From: Phoronis australis
Taxonomy: Eukaryota; Animalia; Phoronida
Assembly: GCA_002633005.1 (NCBI GenBank)
Contig: NMRA01000034.1
Coordinates: 767,766-831,765, forward strand
DNA: 64,000 nucleotides
Direction: 5' to 3'
Part shown: in pieces, positions 1 to 11,061 of the stretch
How positions within the stretch are numbered: position 1 is the stretch's first letter
Layout: each line of letters opens with the position of its first letter
The notes under the pieces: generated by a model
Told to the model about the DNA's origin: nothing
The model's database searches: none
Seen by the model: the letters and a program-made list of their open reading frames with translations, nothing else
Made by a program: the position numbers and the translations under genes

Positions 1-282
1 GGATGGTAGTCATCCAAAACAGCACTGCCAGTAAACCTAGAGTTATGATCTATACATGTACTGCCATTACATGAAAGGGAGTCGTGCTTCTTGGGTGTGT
101 AGGCCACATTTCATGAGTGCCAGGACACGTTGATGAGTCAGTGAGCTGTGTTTACAGGACATCGAAACAGGAGCACAGCAGTTTACAGTGGCACAGAAAC
201 GGGAACACAACAGGCTTTTCACAGAGATACAAAAGCGGTGTTACGGTATACAGCTGACTGCCGGGAAAACAAGGCTGAACAT

Positions 283-339
283 TCAGACATCCGGAGGCGA
301 GACTTTGTAATCCTCATCGGTTTCAATTCCTATTTCCTC
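283..339 (-). CDS. PSMC3IP: HOP2 exon 9 (EEIGIETDEDYKVSPPDV*)
   Basis: Acceptor CTTTACAG at 347-340; TGA at 285-283; HOP2 C-terminal GIETDED motif. Confidence 0.95.
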   Translation of the reverse strand, partial: EEIGIETDEDYKVSPPDV

Positions 340-430
340 CTGTAAAGTGCAAAGTGTGAGTTAGTGAGCAAATGCATATTGAGCAATAAATTTTACAGTG
401 TAATAAGAGAACTGTAAATATGAAACAGAT

Positions 431-548
431 AATGGTAGCAGTGGCAGGCAACTTCTTGTATCACATGTAAATCCACGTTACACAATGGTTGCAGTGCCGG
501 GCAACTTCTTGTATCACATGTAAATCCACGTTACACAATGGTTGCAGT
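431..548. repeat. 53-bp tandem duplication in HOP2 last intron
   Basis: GGCAACTTCTTGTATCACATGTAAATCCACGTTACACAATGGTTGCAGT at 447 and again at 500. Confidence 0.9.
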
Positions 549-673
549 AAGAATAACTTTGTTTGCCCCTTTAACATGACTGAAAATTACTGTAATGACA
601 AAGAAAATTTGAAATCAACTTTTTTACATTGTAATTCAAACTGGTGTTGCTCTGACAATTACGGTGTACTTAC

Positions 674-733
674 ATACAACTGTTTCTTTGATTTTGGGTA
701 ACCCTCTAGTATAGCATCTAGCACATCTTTGCA
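674..733 (-). CDS. PSMC3IP: HOP2 exon 8 (CKDVLDAILEGYPKSKKQLY)
   Basis: TTACAG acceptor, GTAAGT donor, 60 nt, conserved ILEGYPKSKK. Confidence 0.95.
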
Positions 734-1042
734 CTGTAACAAGCAACAAAATTCACAATGGACAGAAACATAGTCATGCACGTAAAAACAAGAATCTCTT
801 GTTGACAACTAACCAGGCTACTTTTAAAGTTAGCCTAATAAAGTTGACCTACTTTCAAACTGAGCATCACGGTAACTACCACTGAATTGTTCAATGTGGC
901 TTTTATGTTCAACAACTTGAACTTAAAAAGATATTTGCAGTATCTTCAATGAAATGTTACAAACAATGTAGAATACATGAAGCCTGTGGATAACGCGTCA
1001 GAGTTCTCCTTTTCCCACGCAGTCCCCAATGCTGCAAGTTAC

Positions 1043-1096
1043 CATTCTCTTCCTCTTCCTCCATTCCTTGACCAACTTTGACCGGTCGCTGTAAAT
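1043..1096 (-). CDS. PSMC3IP: HOP2 exon 7 (IYSDRSKLVKEWRKRKRM)
   Basis: TTGTAG acceptor, GTAACT donor, 54 nt, conserved KEWRKRKRM. Confidence 0.95.
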
Positions 1097-1145
1097 CTAC
1101 AACATAAGTTGGCAAAAAATAAATTCCATTCAACCAATGAGAAGA

Positions 1146-1229
1146 TTGACAGCCACAAAATGGCACCACTGAAACAGTGTCCTACAATGTAGGACTGTTG
1201 TTTCAGTGGTGCCATTTTGTGGCTGTCAA
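1146..1229. repeat. 84-bp near-perfect inverted repeat (MITE-like hairpin)
   Basis: TTGACAGCCACAAAATGGCACCACTGAAACA pairs with TGTTTCAGTGGTGCCATTTTGTGGCTGTCAA; inner GTCCTACA/TGTAGGAC stem. Confidence 0.85.
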
Positions 1230-2726
1230 AGGGCTCCTATGTGATTCACTGAATTTCCACAATGTAAGACATATGGGTAAACAGACCCCTGTACTCAAAG
1301 AGCCTTCTATCATGGATATAATGTGAGAACCAGTTTGATGCCTGTTCTTCAGTGGAAAAAAATGGTTCTCCAAATGTGGAAACGTAACACCAGACAATCA
1401 TCTATCATTAGAAACACTTTGTCAATACCGAGTCTTGTTTAAAACCTGATACAGCTAGCAGCAAATAAAAGCAAATACCACCATCACTGTGCCAGTACAC
1501 ATGCATCACACAAAATGATGACTTAACATGTAATCCCTCACTTGGATAATCACCCGGTCCAGAAGGTGACTAGTTAAATGACTCGAGGTCGCTTGTAGCT
1601 CAAAATCAATTCTTATTAACAACATCAACTTTCTCCACAGGCATATTTGCTTTTGAAAGCAACATCTTATCATTTGTTTGAACTGAAATCGACAACAACT
1701 CATCTGGAATTACTGAATAGCCATAATGCCATTGCAGTTGAAACTAACCCACCACGACAAGTACTTTAAAGCCTATCTTCAACAGTAACACAAGTAAATT
1801 TTGTTCCTGTAGTATGTTAAGAGTATTGATCTGAGCCCACTAGTGCCATAAATTGCCAAATGTAACGAACTGTTAGACGTATTGGCTTGCTTTTGTCGAA
1901 GTCACCACGACAATAACTTTTTAATTCAAACAGCTGCGAATATCACCCGCACGCAATGGTGTTCTATTCAGACCCCTATTCAATACAACCTTTTGTTGTT
2001 TGTGCTGGGATCTCGCGGTGACGCAACATGGCACGAAAAGCCAGCTTCACTTATCATTTGACGGGCTTACACTTGTGTGATTGAACTCCCGTTTTCTTAT
2101 TTTACTAAGGCTTTGCTAGGACTATCTGGTTAGCCTAATACATATAAAGTAACAAAATGCCGTTGAAGTTAGGCTTTAATGAGCCTGCTCTGAAGAAAAA
2201 AACACATTTTAAACTTTTCGAGTCTAGAAATGATGTCTAATGGTAACCCTAAGTAGCATAATATCATGGTAAAACATCAACAAGTTTGAACAAACAATAA
2301 ATATCAAGATTGTCCCTTTTTCATTTTGCAAAAGCTTCTAACATCTTCTTGAACATCCGTTTTTTCTCAGAATCTTTATCTATGTCTTGAAAGTGATACG
2401 ACACTTATTTGATGTTACTTATATTATACGAAAAAATGAACATACAAAATTGAACCAGCTGGCCAAATTGTAAACGAAAAGTAACGTTTGTCTGTTGACA
2501 AAAGGTGCGGGTTTATCGCCTCTTCCAGGTGTATTCGGCAGACAAGCATAAAGATTCTAATACTCCAACATTCTACGTGACAGATGAAAAACAGCATTCG
2601 CACTGAATGACTTAAAACCAGTCAATACATTGATCAGTCAACAGTATCCAGATCTTTAGGCTTATATTCCCAAAGCAAGAAGGTCCTTTAGTATTCTGTG
2701 ATTATCTGACATTTTCTGATAGTCAC

Positions 2727-2801
2727 CTTTTCTTTCTCTTCCTTCGATATCAGCACCTGCCCTTCTTGAAGTTTGACTAACTTGTTGCTTAGTTTGGTAC
2801 A
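2727..2801 (-). CDS. PSMC3IP: HOP2 exon 6 (CTKLSNKLVKLQEGQVLISKEEKEK)
   Basis: TTCAG acceptor, GTGACT donor, 75 nt phase 0/0; coiled-coil ending in EEKE as in HOP2. Confidence 0.88.
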
Positions 2802-3541
2802 CTGAATTAAAAATTATAAGCATTTACAAAATACACAGCAGCAATAAAGTTACGTTTCTCTGGTGCCGAAGCAAACGAGGGCATGTTTTCCTTAAAACAA
2901 CACTAAAATGAGGTAAAAACATTCCAAAGTAGTAATAGCGTATATATTTACATGAAAGCGAAGGGTTTGAGGATAAGTGCCAACCTTGTGCCAACATGAT
3001 ATTTTAGGTTTTCTAAAGCGTAATTAGAATCAACCCACTTTTTGTAGAAAACTTGGAATGAAAAGAAATAAACCAGTTAAATAACATTGCAAATGAACAT
3101 AACAGGTAAACAAACTCATAAGTTATACTCTAATGAGTGGAATAAATCCAAATTCCCATTCTTTATAAATCACAATGAACACAGAGTTGAATAAAAATTC
3201 AAAGTCTTCCTGACAGATTTCTAAAGAAAACTAGTAATTAAAAATTAGTAAAACATAATTCTCTCTTGGCATTGTTTTGCTGTGCAGTTGTCTTCAAACA
3301 ATTTCTAAGTTTTGCAGCACAGAAACTAAATCTTTAAAAATGACAATTTTGGCACTGTGATCACTTGACTAAATAATTACCAGACAATGTTCTTTTATAC
3401 GAGACTCCCGTCCCCATAGTCTATGTGAAACTGAATAAAAATACAAAAAGTATCCAACTACAAGACTCCAGAACCTTTTAAACGAATGATCAAAGAATGC
3501 CTTCAATATCCATGTTTTACACAAGATCCCATAACACAAAC

Positions 3542-3612
3542 CTCATCTGAGAGTGAATTCAGCAAGTCAGTTGCTTGTGCTGTAGTCAGTGAGCTTGACA
3601 GATTCCTGAGAG
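3542..3612 (-). CDS. PSMC3IP: HOP2 exon 5, copy on main contig (TLRNLSSSLTTAQATDLLNSLSDE)
   Basis: TTTGCAG acceptor, GTTTGT donor, 71 nt phase 1/0; LSSSLTT resembles the HOP2 LSSALTT motif. Confidence 0.85.
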
Positions 3613-4337
3613 CTGCAAAGTGAACAGCGGCTGATAGTCCCAAACGAAATGTTGAATAAAGTAAAGTAATAAATTCATGCACTCAGTACTAGGCAAAGGC
3701 ATACATGGGTTTGATGACAAGTGTTTACAGCTTAAAATCCATTAGAAAACTTTATGATGTCAAAAGCATTATTCAACAGAAACAACATGGAATACGATAA
3801 TGTGTGATGACTTGTGATGCAGGATAATGAATATAAAACCTTTTAAGCAAAAGAGACAGCAGGATCTGCAGGCAAGTCATTTTACTTCTTATTGTATTTC
3901 GGGACAAATACATAAGTTGAACAGAGATAAATACAGCCACACAATAGAAGAAATCCATTGGAGACAGTTGTCATGTATCAAATACAAATCAAATGCAATA
4001 AAGATAATTCGATGGATGAATGAGCAAACATTTACATTAACAAAATGATGCCTCCAAATTACCATTTCAGGATTAGCTATTCAAAGCCTATAGGGGTAAT
4101 AAAATGACTATCTTCTCACCCAGGACCATATGCCCTTTGTTAAGCTGTGTTTACTTACACAGGACAACTGTACCAGTCATTTAGCTAAAAGCAGGGTTCA
4201 AAAAGAACTACTTTCATAGACCTTGCATGTCAATTCCATAAGGNTTGTTGGTCTAGTTCATTGTCACTCCCTGTAACTGACTGTATCTGTGCTTCATTAC
4301 TTGTTGCTTGGCCTAGCTAGGTGGCCACTGTATTATG

Positions 4338-4383
4338 ACTTCTGAGGATGGTGTTTAATAAATGACACCGAAACATGTCAAGT
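4338..4383 (+). ncRNA. Minimal type I hammerhead ribozyme of Penelope-like element type
   Basis: Stem I ACTT/AAGT; core CTGAGGA plus extra T; stem II GGTGT/ACACC; GAAA; palindromic stem III ACATGT; GTC cleavage triplet at 4377-4379. Confidence 0.8.
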
Positions 4384-5070
4384 TTTAAAACCGTTGTTGT
4401 TTTCGTGAATAAAAACATTCCAAGTTAGTAATAGTGTATATATTTCCATGAAAGCGAAGGGTTTGAGGATAAGTTCCAACCTTGTCCCAACATGATATTT
4501 TAGGTTTTCTAAAGCGTAATTAGAATCAACTTATTGTAGAAAACTTATGCAGCTGGAATGAAAAGAAATAAACCAGTTAAATAACATAGCAAATGAACAT
4601 AATAGGTAAACAAACTCATAAGTTATACTCTAATGAGTGGAATAAATCCAAATTCCCATTCTTTATAAATCACAATGAACACAGAGTTGAATAAAATTCC
4701 AAGTCATCCTGGCAGAAAAGTAAATGGTGTTTTGACAGATTTCTCAACAAAACTAGTAATCAAAAATAAGTAAAACATACTTCTCTCTTGGCACTGTTTT
4801 GCTGGTGTGCAGTTGTATTCAAACAATTTCAAAGTTTTGCAGCACAGAAACTAAATCTTTAAAAATGACAATTTTGGCACTGCGATCATTTGACTATTAA
4901 ATAATTACCAGACAACGTTCTTTTATACGAGACTCCCGTCCCCATAGTCTACGTGAAACTGAATAAAAATACAAAAAGTATCCAACTACAAGACTCCAAA
5001 ACCTTTTAACCGAATGATTATAGAATGCCTTCAATATCCATGTATTACACGAGATCCCCATTACACAAAC

Positions 5071-5141
5071 CTCATCTGAGAGTGAATTCAGCAAGTCAGT
5101 TGCTTGTGCTGTAGTCAGTGAGCTTGAAAGATTCCTGAGAG
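5071..5141 (-). CDS. PSMC3IP: HOP2 exon 5, second copy (probable allelic/haplotig copy)
   Basis: Same 71-nt exon with one synonymous change (CTG/CTT Leu), inside the duplicated block 4410-5441. Confidence 0.7.
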
Positions 5142-5441
5142 CTGCAAAGTGAACAGTGGCTGATAGTCCCAAACAAAATGTTGAATAAAGTAAAGTTGTC
5201 AATTCATGCACGCAGTACTAGGCAAAGGCATACATGGGTTTGATGACAAGTGTTTACAGCTTAAAATCCATTAGAAAACTTTATGATGTCAAAAGGATTA
5301 TTCAACAGAAACAACATGGAATACAATAAAGTGCGATGACTTATGATGCAGGATAATGAATATCAAAATCTTTTAAGCAAAAGAGATGTCAGGATCTGCA
5401 GGCAAGTCATTTTACTTCTTATTGTATTTCGGGACCAATAC

Positions 5442-6679
5442 TTAAAGTCCTTCTCTCACGCATTGTTAACCCTTATTACATGGTTAGAAGATGTTATAAG
5501 GATCCAAGAAGTACCTACCCCATAACTAATACACAATCCGTACTCGAAAACAGTTTAAATGAACGTGCCACTCACGATTCGCACCTGAAACACCGCCATT
5601 TTGAACTTGCCGCCAACCCGGAAGTACAATTCATTCAGGAACCCGAGAAAATGCCGTCAGTGCGACTGGAGCAGTGCCTGTACTGTTACCAGCCAGCAAA
5701 CGGGGATAAAAAAAATCAACAGCGCGCCTTAATTTTGATAAAATCAAACTACGGACAGTTTTATGGAATTTGCTGAAGAAATGTGACGAATAAATTTTGA
5801 CAGAAATTATTTTGCCAGACTCGGGACCGCAGCCTATTGGACCCGGTACGGATCGAGACCAAACACTGGCGAACGATAAATGCATGCGGTTGCAAGCTGT
5901 TTTGTCGAAGTAAAATGATCAAATGATAAATGCTGCATATAGGTAGTTTCAGACACTTGCATGAAATTACGGGCTGGTTAGTCCTGTGTCACACTGCCGC
6001 GGCAGACCCTTAGTTAGCCTCAGTCACCAGCTACCATTGAAGACTATAGTCAAAATACAGCTTGTTAGTAGGCCTATACAGCTTTGCGCCAAGACTACCC
6101 TTAGGCCTAACTGGTCGCTGGCCACAAACACAAAAAACACGAAAATTGAACAAAGTTTCTTTTTTGTAGCAACGTTTGTCAAAATGTATCAACGTTAAAT
6201 CTTCACAAATTACAAAGTAGCCGATTGAACATGCCTTTCAGTTCAGCAAAAGTCGACATTGTAGGTGCCGCCAGAAATGAGACGAAGTCCAATGGGAATT
6301 GTGAGCACATTTATCACTTAATGACTGAGTAACAACTGCGAGGCTGAAATTTGGACTGGTGAACACTGCTAAATCGTGCAGAATAGTAAGTAAAGATATG
6401 TCTAACTAAATTTCACCGTAATTTGTTGGCGAAAACAATTTACACAAAGTTTTAAACTCGTAACTCATCCCGCTGTCCTCCAATATGGCCGACGCGATCC
6501 AAACAAAGTGACCCAAATTTCGCCACAAAAATTGCAATAACTTTACAGTGCTTGCCCCGATTTTGATAATTTTTCGATTTTTACTGAGTAGAATGTACTA
6601 CCTTTCCGATGATAGCAAAGTACTTGTTCAAAACGAGGAAAAAAATAAAACCAAAAAAAATTGGTTCGACCCATATTGG
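5442..6679. mobile_element. Insertion starting at TTAA|AG (Kolobok-like), truncated by the N gap
   Basis: Homology with the other copy breaks at TTAA 5442-5445; an AG terminus after TTAA is typical of Kolobok; CpG-rich interior with CGCCATTTT and CCGGAAGT motifs and a short CxxC frame. Right end not visible. Confidence 0.45.
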
Positions 6680-7108
6680 NNNNNNNNNNNNNNNNNNNNN
6701 NNNNNNNNNNNNNNNNNNNNNNNNNNNTAATTCGATGGATGAATGAGCAAACATTTACATTAACAAAATGATGCCTCCAAATTACCATTTCAGGATTAGC
6801 TATTCAAAGCCTATAGGGGTAATAAAATGACTATCTTCTCACCCAGGACCATATGCCCTTTGTTAAGCTGTGTTTACTTACACAGGACAACTGTACCAGT
6901 CATTTAGCTAAAAGCAGGGTTCAAAAAGAACTACTTTCATAGACCTTGCATGTCAATTCCATAAGGTCTATTGTGTGTGAATGACACCAGTAATTTGCAA
7001 CCATATGCAAAATTCTAAGCCACTATGAAGACTAGTTACCCCCTCTAAGATCAGATGGGGACTTGCTCAAACCATACACGAGCAGAACCTTAGTTTCAAT
7101 ACACTCAC

Positions 7109-7220
7109 TGTTCTCAGACTGTCTACATGACTGTTCAGCAGCAGTTACTTGTGCTGTCAACTCAGCAATTTTGGTGTCCATGTCTTTGATTTCAGTATCA
7201 TTGACGTCTGGATATTGAGA
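7109..7220 (-). CDS. PSMC3IP: HOP2 exon 4 (SQYPDVNDTEIKDMDTKIAELTAQVTAAEQSCRQSEN)
   Basis: TTGCAG acceptor, GTGAGT donor, 112 nt. Confidence 0.93.
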
Positions 7221-8536
7221 CTGCAATCAGAAGATGTGAAAATAATTGATAGACAAGAGATTTACACCTTTTAAGGTGATTAAAATCACATGGGAAAGGA
7301 ATTGGACCAAGTGTGGTCAAAGAGGCATTGGATGAGGGTGCAAAACAAATTCCATGCCCTCAGTGTGAAAACATTAGCAAACATCAGACATACAACTCTT
7401 GAGTGTTCTGACACTAAAAAAGTGACTATCCTTTAATTTCAGTTCTGTCAGTGCAAGTTGGATCCACAGTTGACAAAAAGAAGCCTGGCATGTTTATTTC
7501 ACTCACAACACTTTGTAACATTGAATATTTTGTGTGAATCAATTAAGTATCATTGTGCACAAGGCTGATGTTGTTATTTAGAGACATTCTGACTTACCAT
7601 TTTATGTAAAAACAAAGAAATCCATTTCTGAATTAAGCAAATTCTATTTTACTATCGAAAGCCATAAATAATGATCAGGGAATAGCCATTTAGTTTGCAG
7701 GTGAACTACAGTATGCAGTTTCATTTTATCCATAACTAGCTGCACGCCATGTTTATTGTTCATCACAGCTGGAAAAAGAACAGCGTCATCAGAAAGAAAG
7801 TATTTCAATTTATCCGCTGCAAAACGACAGTTGATAGATTTATAGTCACAATCATGGAATTTGGTGATTATATTATTTTTTGTTGATTAAAAAAATATTA
7901 GAATTGTGGCATCTGCAACTGAAATACATAAATTGTTTTTTAATTGAAACCTCAACTTCCCTAAAAGAAGTTACGATTCCGTGAAATACATTTGCTTCCC
8001 ATTATTGCATAAAATCAGGGTTTCTAGTTATTTGATGCCGTGATGAGCAATTGGTGTAATTTCTGCTCAAGACATGGGAAAACTGAAGGAGGTGCTGTTA
8101 AACCAAATGTACTATTGACCCACTCGTATCAACAACGGTCATTTCATTGTGCGCTATATAGGAAAATGGCTATTTCTGAGGTTAGCACTGACTTTTTGAG
8201 GATTTTGAACATCAACCTTGCACCGTTCCATTTTTTATTTACTTTAACATGGTATTAAATGAGTACTGGAATCATGTAATGTAAATGCGATCATTATGAA
8301 GAAGTCTAATACAGAGTAAATTCAAGAAGCAACTGGGTGTAATTAAAATCTGGAAACTGTGCTAACCACTTGAAAAGAATGAAGACCAGTTGAACCCCGC
8401 CTGGACAAGACATTAACATGCTGTCGAGTTCTACATTTGATGTATTGTGGTAGCAAAATAAAATGAAGACCTTCTGTGAAGGAATGCCAACTATCTCAAT
8501 AAAATCCACAAAAATATTTTGGTGAGGCAACAGTAC

Positions 8537-8626
8537 CTGATCAGCCACATAGGCTTTCTGTTTGCCATTAACTTTCTCCACAATCTTTCCTTCTTGAGCC
8601 ATAGTCTCGAGGGCTTTCACAATGGC
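8537..8626 (-). CDS. PSMC3IP: HOP2 exon 3 (AIVKALETMAQEGKIVEKVNGKQKAYVADQ)
   Basis: TTTCATAG acceptor, GTACTG donor, 90 nt; winged-helix GKQKxY motif. Confidence 0.95.
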
Positions 8627-9327
8627 CTATGAAACAGAATTCATAATCGAGTATGAAGTGTTGGAGTTTATTTTTGAATGCTTGATACAGTGGAGCCCAC
8701 TCTATGTTCCGATAAGACAGTAAATGAATTGAAGAGGAATTTGAATGGTTTTTCGATAGAAAAGTGACGGCACAAAAAATTATGCTGATAAATGGTGAGA
8801 ATTAATTTTGATGACTTTTTAATTAATGACAATAGCCGAGAATATGACAATATGCGGGTTATTTTACACGAGTTTACAGGGAAATGACTCATTTTTTGTC
8901 ACATCATGACAAAGACAACAGGGATATTTTATTATGCAGTATGACATTAAGTGAGTTCCACTCTATCTGGCTATGATTACCTAGCAATGCTAAGACCAGT
9001 AACAAAGAGACCACTAGAATTTAACAATGACATAAAACACGGCTAACTAATCTGGCATTACTTTATAATGCCAGGGCTCAAAAATAATGCAAATAAGGAT
9101 TTTAACAAAAATGAAAGAACAAATTTAGGGTTCAATATACTCTGAAGAAAGTGTTAAGTTTTTCTGTAGTTCAAAACACATTGGCTTTCCGCACTATTTA
9201 TTTTCAGTAAAATCCAAAGAAGCAATCCGTGGGCATCTCTGCTTTACATGTTAAACCAGTCGGCATAATGAACGAGCCATCACTGAGCCATATTATGGCA
9301 AACTGCATTAGATCGAGCTTTCTTTAC

Positions 9328-9422
9328 CGTCTTGCCATACTCCTTGTGTAGATTAAGATGGATGTCATTGGCACTGTATGGTCGATTCTGCTTATTCAAG
9401 TAATCCAGCACTGCTTTGGGAG
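9328..9422 (-). CDS. PSMC3IP: HOP2 exon 2 (APKAVLDYLNKQNRPYSANDIHLNLHKEYGKT)
   Basis: TTTCAG acceptor, GTAAAG donor; YLxxQNRPYS motif. Confidence 0.95.
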
Positions 9423-10563
9423 CTGAAATTAAAAACAATTGATATTTATGACACGTAAACACGAAAAATTCCAGCATTATTTTACAAGAAAAAGGGGCGG
9501 TGTGCTTTTTCCAAGCTCATGCATTGCTTACACCAATTGAATAACTTCATTTTTTTATGTATAGACACCTCAACAACAGTTTGGAAATTTGTGTGGTGCT
9601 CAGTTGTTCAATAAAAAGTGTTTAAGTGTTGCCAAATTCATAATCTTTTATTAACATGGAACCAGCACCGTAATTTTTATTGAAAAAAATGAATGCTCAA
9701 ATTGAATACACATTTAGCTCCAACTGAATTTGCAATATTCACTTTGAGACCGAGCCCTCCACGGCAGCAAAGTTACTAAACACTATAGGGAAAGGGGAAT
9801 GGTTGGGTTTTTCAGTGGTATGCAATATGACTTAATTAAACCAAAAATAATAAAAACACGGGCAAGTCACGTGAACACAACTTTCCAAACCATTTTGTTG
9901 AGGTGTTTATATTCTTAGAACCCTATGTCATACTCGCTATGTTACGCACTCGCACTGCGGGATGAGTACAACAATTTCACTGACCGGCTAGTTGGGATAC
10001 AGTTGTGTCCTTATAGTTTGACAGCAATAGCAAGGCCGGGGGCAGAAATTTGGCAAACCAACGTTTACATAGTACATTGTCCAGCTCNTCTCATTGACGG
10101 TCTGACACTCCCAATATTTAAAAAAACTATTTCCAAACGACATTCAACCCACCGATTACTTTTGTAATTTGTATGACTGCAAGCTGTTACCCCGCTCACT
10201 ACCACATCATTACCAACACTAGCAGTCAACACAGTTGTTTCAATGTTTGTCAAGTTTAGTGGAACGTCAGTGATACTAGATCAGATCGTGATGTTGGAAA
10301 TTTCTTGGTTTTAACAGGCCAGGGCCAGGGGAATGGTAGTCCTACTGTACATGTACAACAGTACGTAATCTAGGCAGTGACCACTGTCTCAACTAGCACC
10401 GCCAGTACCGACTGCAGTAGACCGCCAGTAGGACTCTACGAGTCAGTAGGACGGTGGTCCTGTCTATTGTCGTATTGACTAATCCAACTACAAAAGAATG
10501 CAACAATACGGCTAAACTATAAAGGCAGCATCACAATAACTGAAAAACGAGAATACTTCGTAC

Positions 10564-10591
10564 CACACGCGTCTTTGCTACCCTTACTCAT
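10564..10591 (-). CDS. PSMC3IP: HOP2 exon 1 (MSKGSKDAC)
   Basis: ATG at 10591-10589, donor G|GTACGA in phase 1 matching exon 2; MSK start as in other HOP2 proteins; adjacent to a CpG-richer promoter-like region. Confidence 0.8.
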
Positions 10592-10599
10592 CGTTGGTA

Positions 10600-10800
10600 A
10601 TGTCCAAGGCAACAAAAAGTCGTAACAAATCGCAAATGTAAAAATCAAATCTCGTCTGCTTCCCGCCGTAAGATGAGGAAGTTTCCTCTGTTAAAGATAG
10701 AAAAGCGTGACTTACAGATGGCGCTGTGGTGACTAGTGAACAAAAAGGTTTGTTTCAGGAGGTGAAATTCGAGTGTTCAAACAGACGTATACGGTATTTA
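10600..10800. promoter_or_regulatory. Probable bidirectional promoter for HOP2 and the zinc-finger gene
   Basis: Directly upstream of the HOP2 ATG; E2F-type TTCCCGCC at 10660-10667; CAGATGGCGCTG (YY1/CTCF-like) near 10715-10726. The ZNF 5' UTR exon is not located. Confidence 0.5.
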
Positions 10801-10965
10801 AGCCTTTTCAATTTCTTACCAGATTATCCATGATATCATACTGTTTATGGTCTACTGTACGTATCATCCATCTTATGGTATTCGTTCAGAAGGCTCAGTT
10901 GGGTAGCCAAATGTAATTATTTACAGACGGGTGACGTGTCTAGCCACAGCCATGCTGTGCATGAA

Positions 10966-11061
10966 CACAGGCACCTTTATCAGCCCTCAACAACTGTACA
11001 CTAAATAAATCTCTTCATCTTCATTTAGTGTATAGTTGAGGGCTGATTAAAAGTGCCTGTG
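10966..11061. mobile_element. 96-bp palindromic MITE with 7-bp TSD (P-superfamily-like)
   Basis: TIR CACAGGCAC/GTGCCTGTG, internal arms pair almost throughout; direct repeat GCATGAA at 10959-10965 and 11062-11068. Confidence 0.75.

Larger units (their letters stand above)
2914..5441. repeat. Direct duplication 2914-3911 vs 4410-5441 (probable allelic copies)
   Basis: Colinear over about 1 kb with scattered substitutions (roughly 5% by eye) and small indels; includes HOP2 exon 5. Confidence 0.92.
4005..6966. other. Identical 239-nt blocks 4005-4243 and 6728-6966 bounded by n/N gaps: contig overlap with inserted alternative haplotig 4245-6679
   Basis: Blocks read as identical; the first ends exactly at the n (4244), the second begins exactly after the N run (6680-6727). 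Confidence 0.85.
283..10591 (-). other. PSMC3IP: PSMC3IP/HOP2 gene span (meiotic HOP2-MND1 subunit); CDS join 10591-10564, 9422-9328, 8626-8537, 7220-7109, 3612-3542 (or 5141-5071), 2801-2727, 1096-1043, 733-674, 339-283
   Basis: All introns GT-AG with compatible phases; spliced CDS 642 nt = 213 aa plus stop. Contains HOP2 motifs YLNKQNRPYSANDI, KVNGKQKAY, EWRKRKRM, AILEGYPKSKK, EEIGIETDED. Confidence 0.95.

Noticed and set aside
3542-5141. Mutually exclusive exon pair in HOP2
   Set aside because: The copies encode the same peptide and sit in a gap-bounded block with an identical 239-nt contig overlap; an allelic assembly artefact is more parsimonious.
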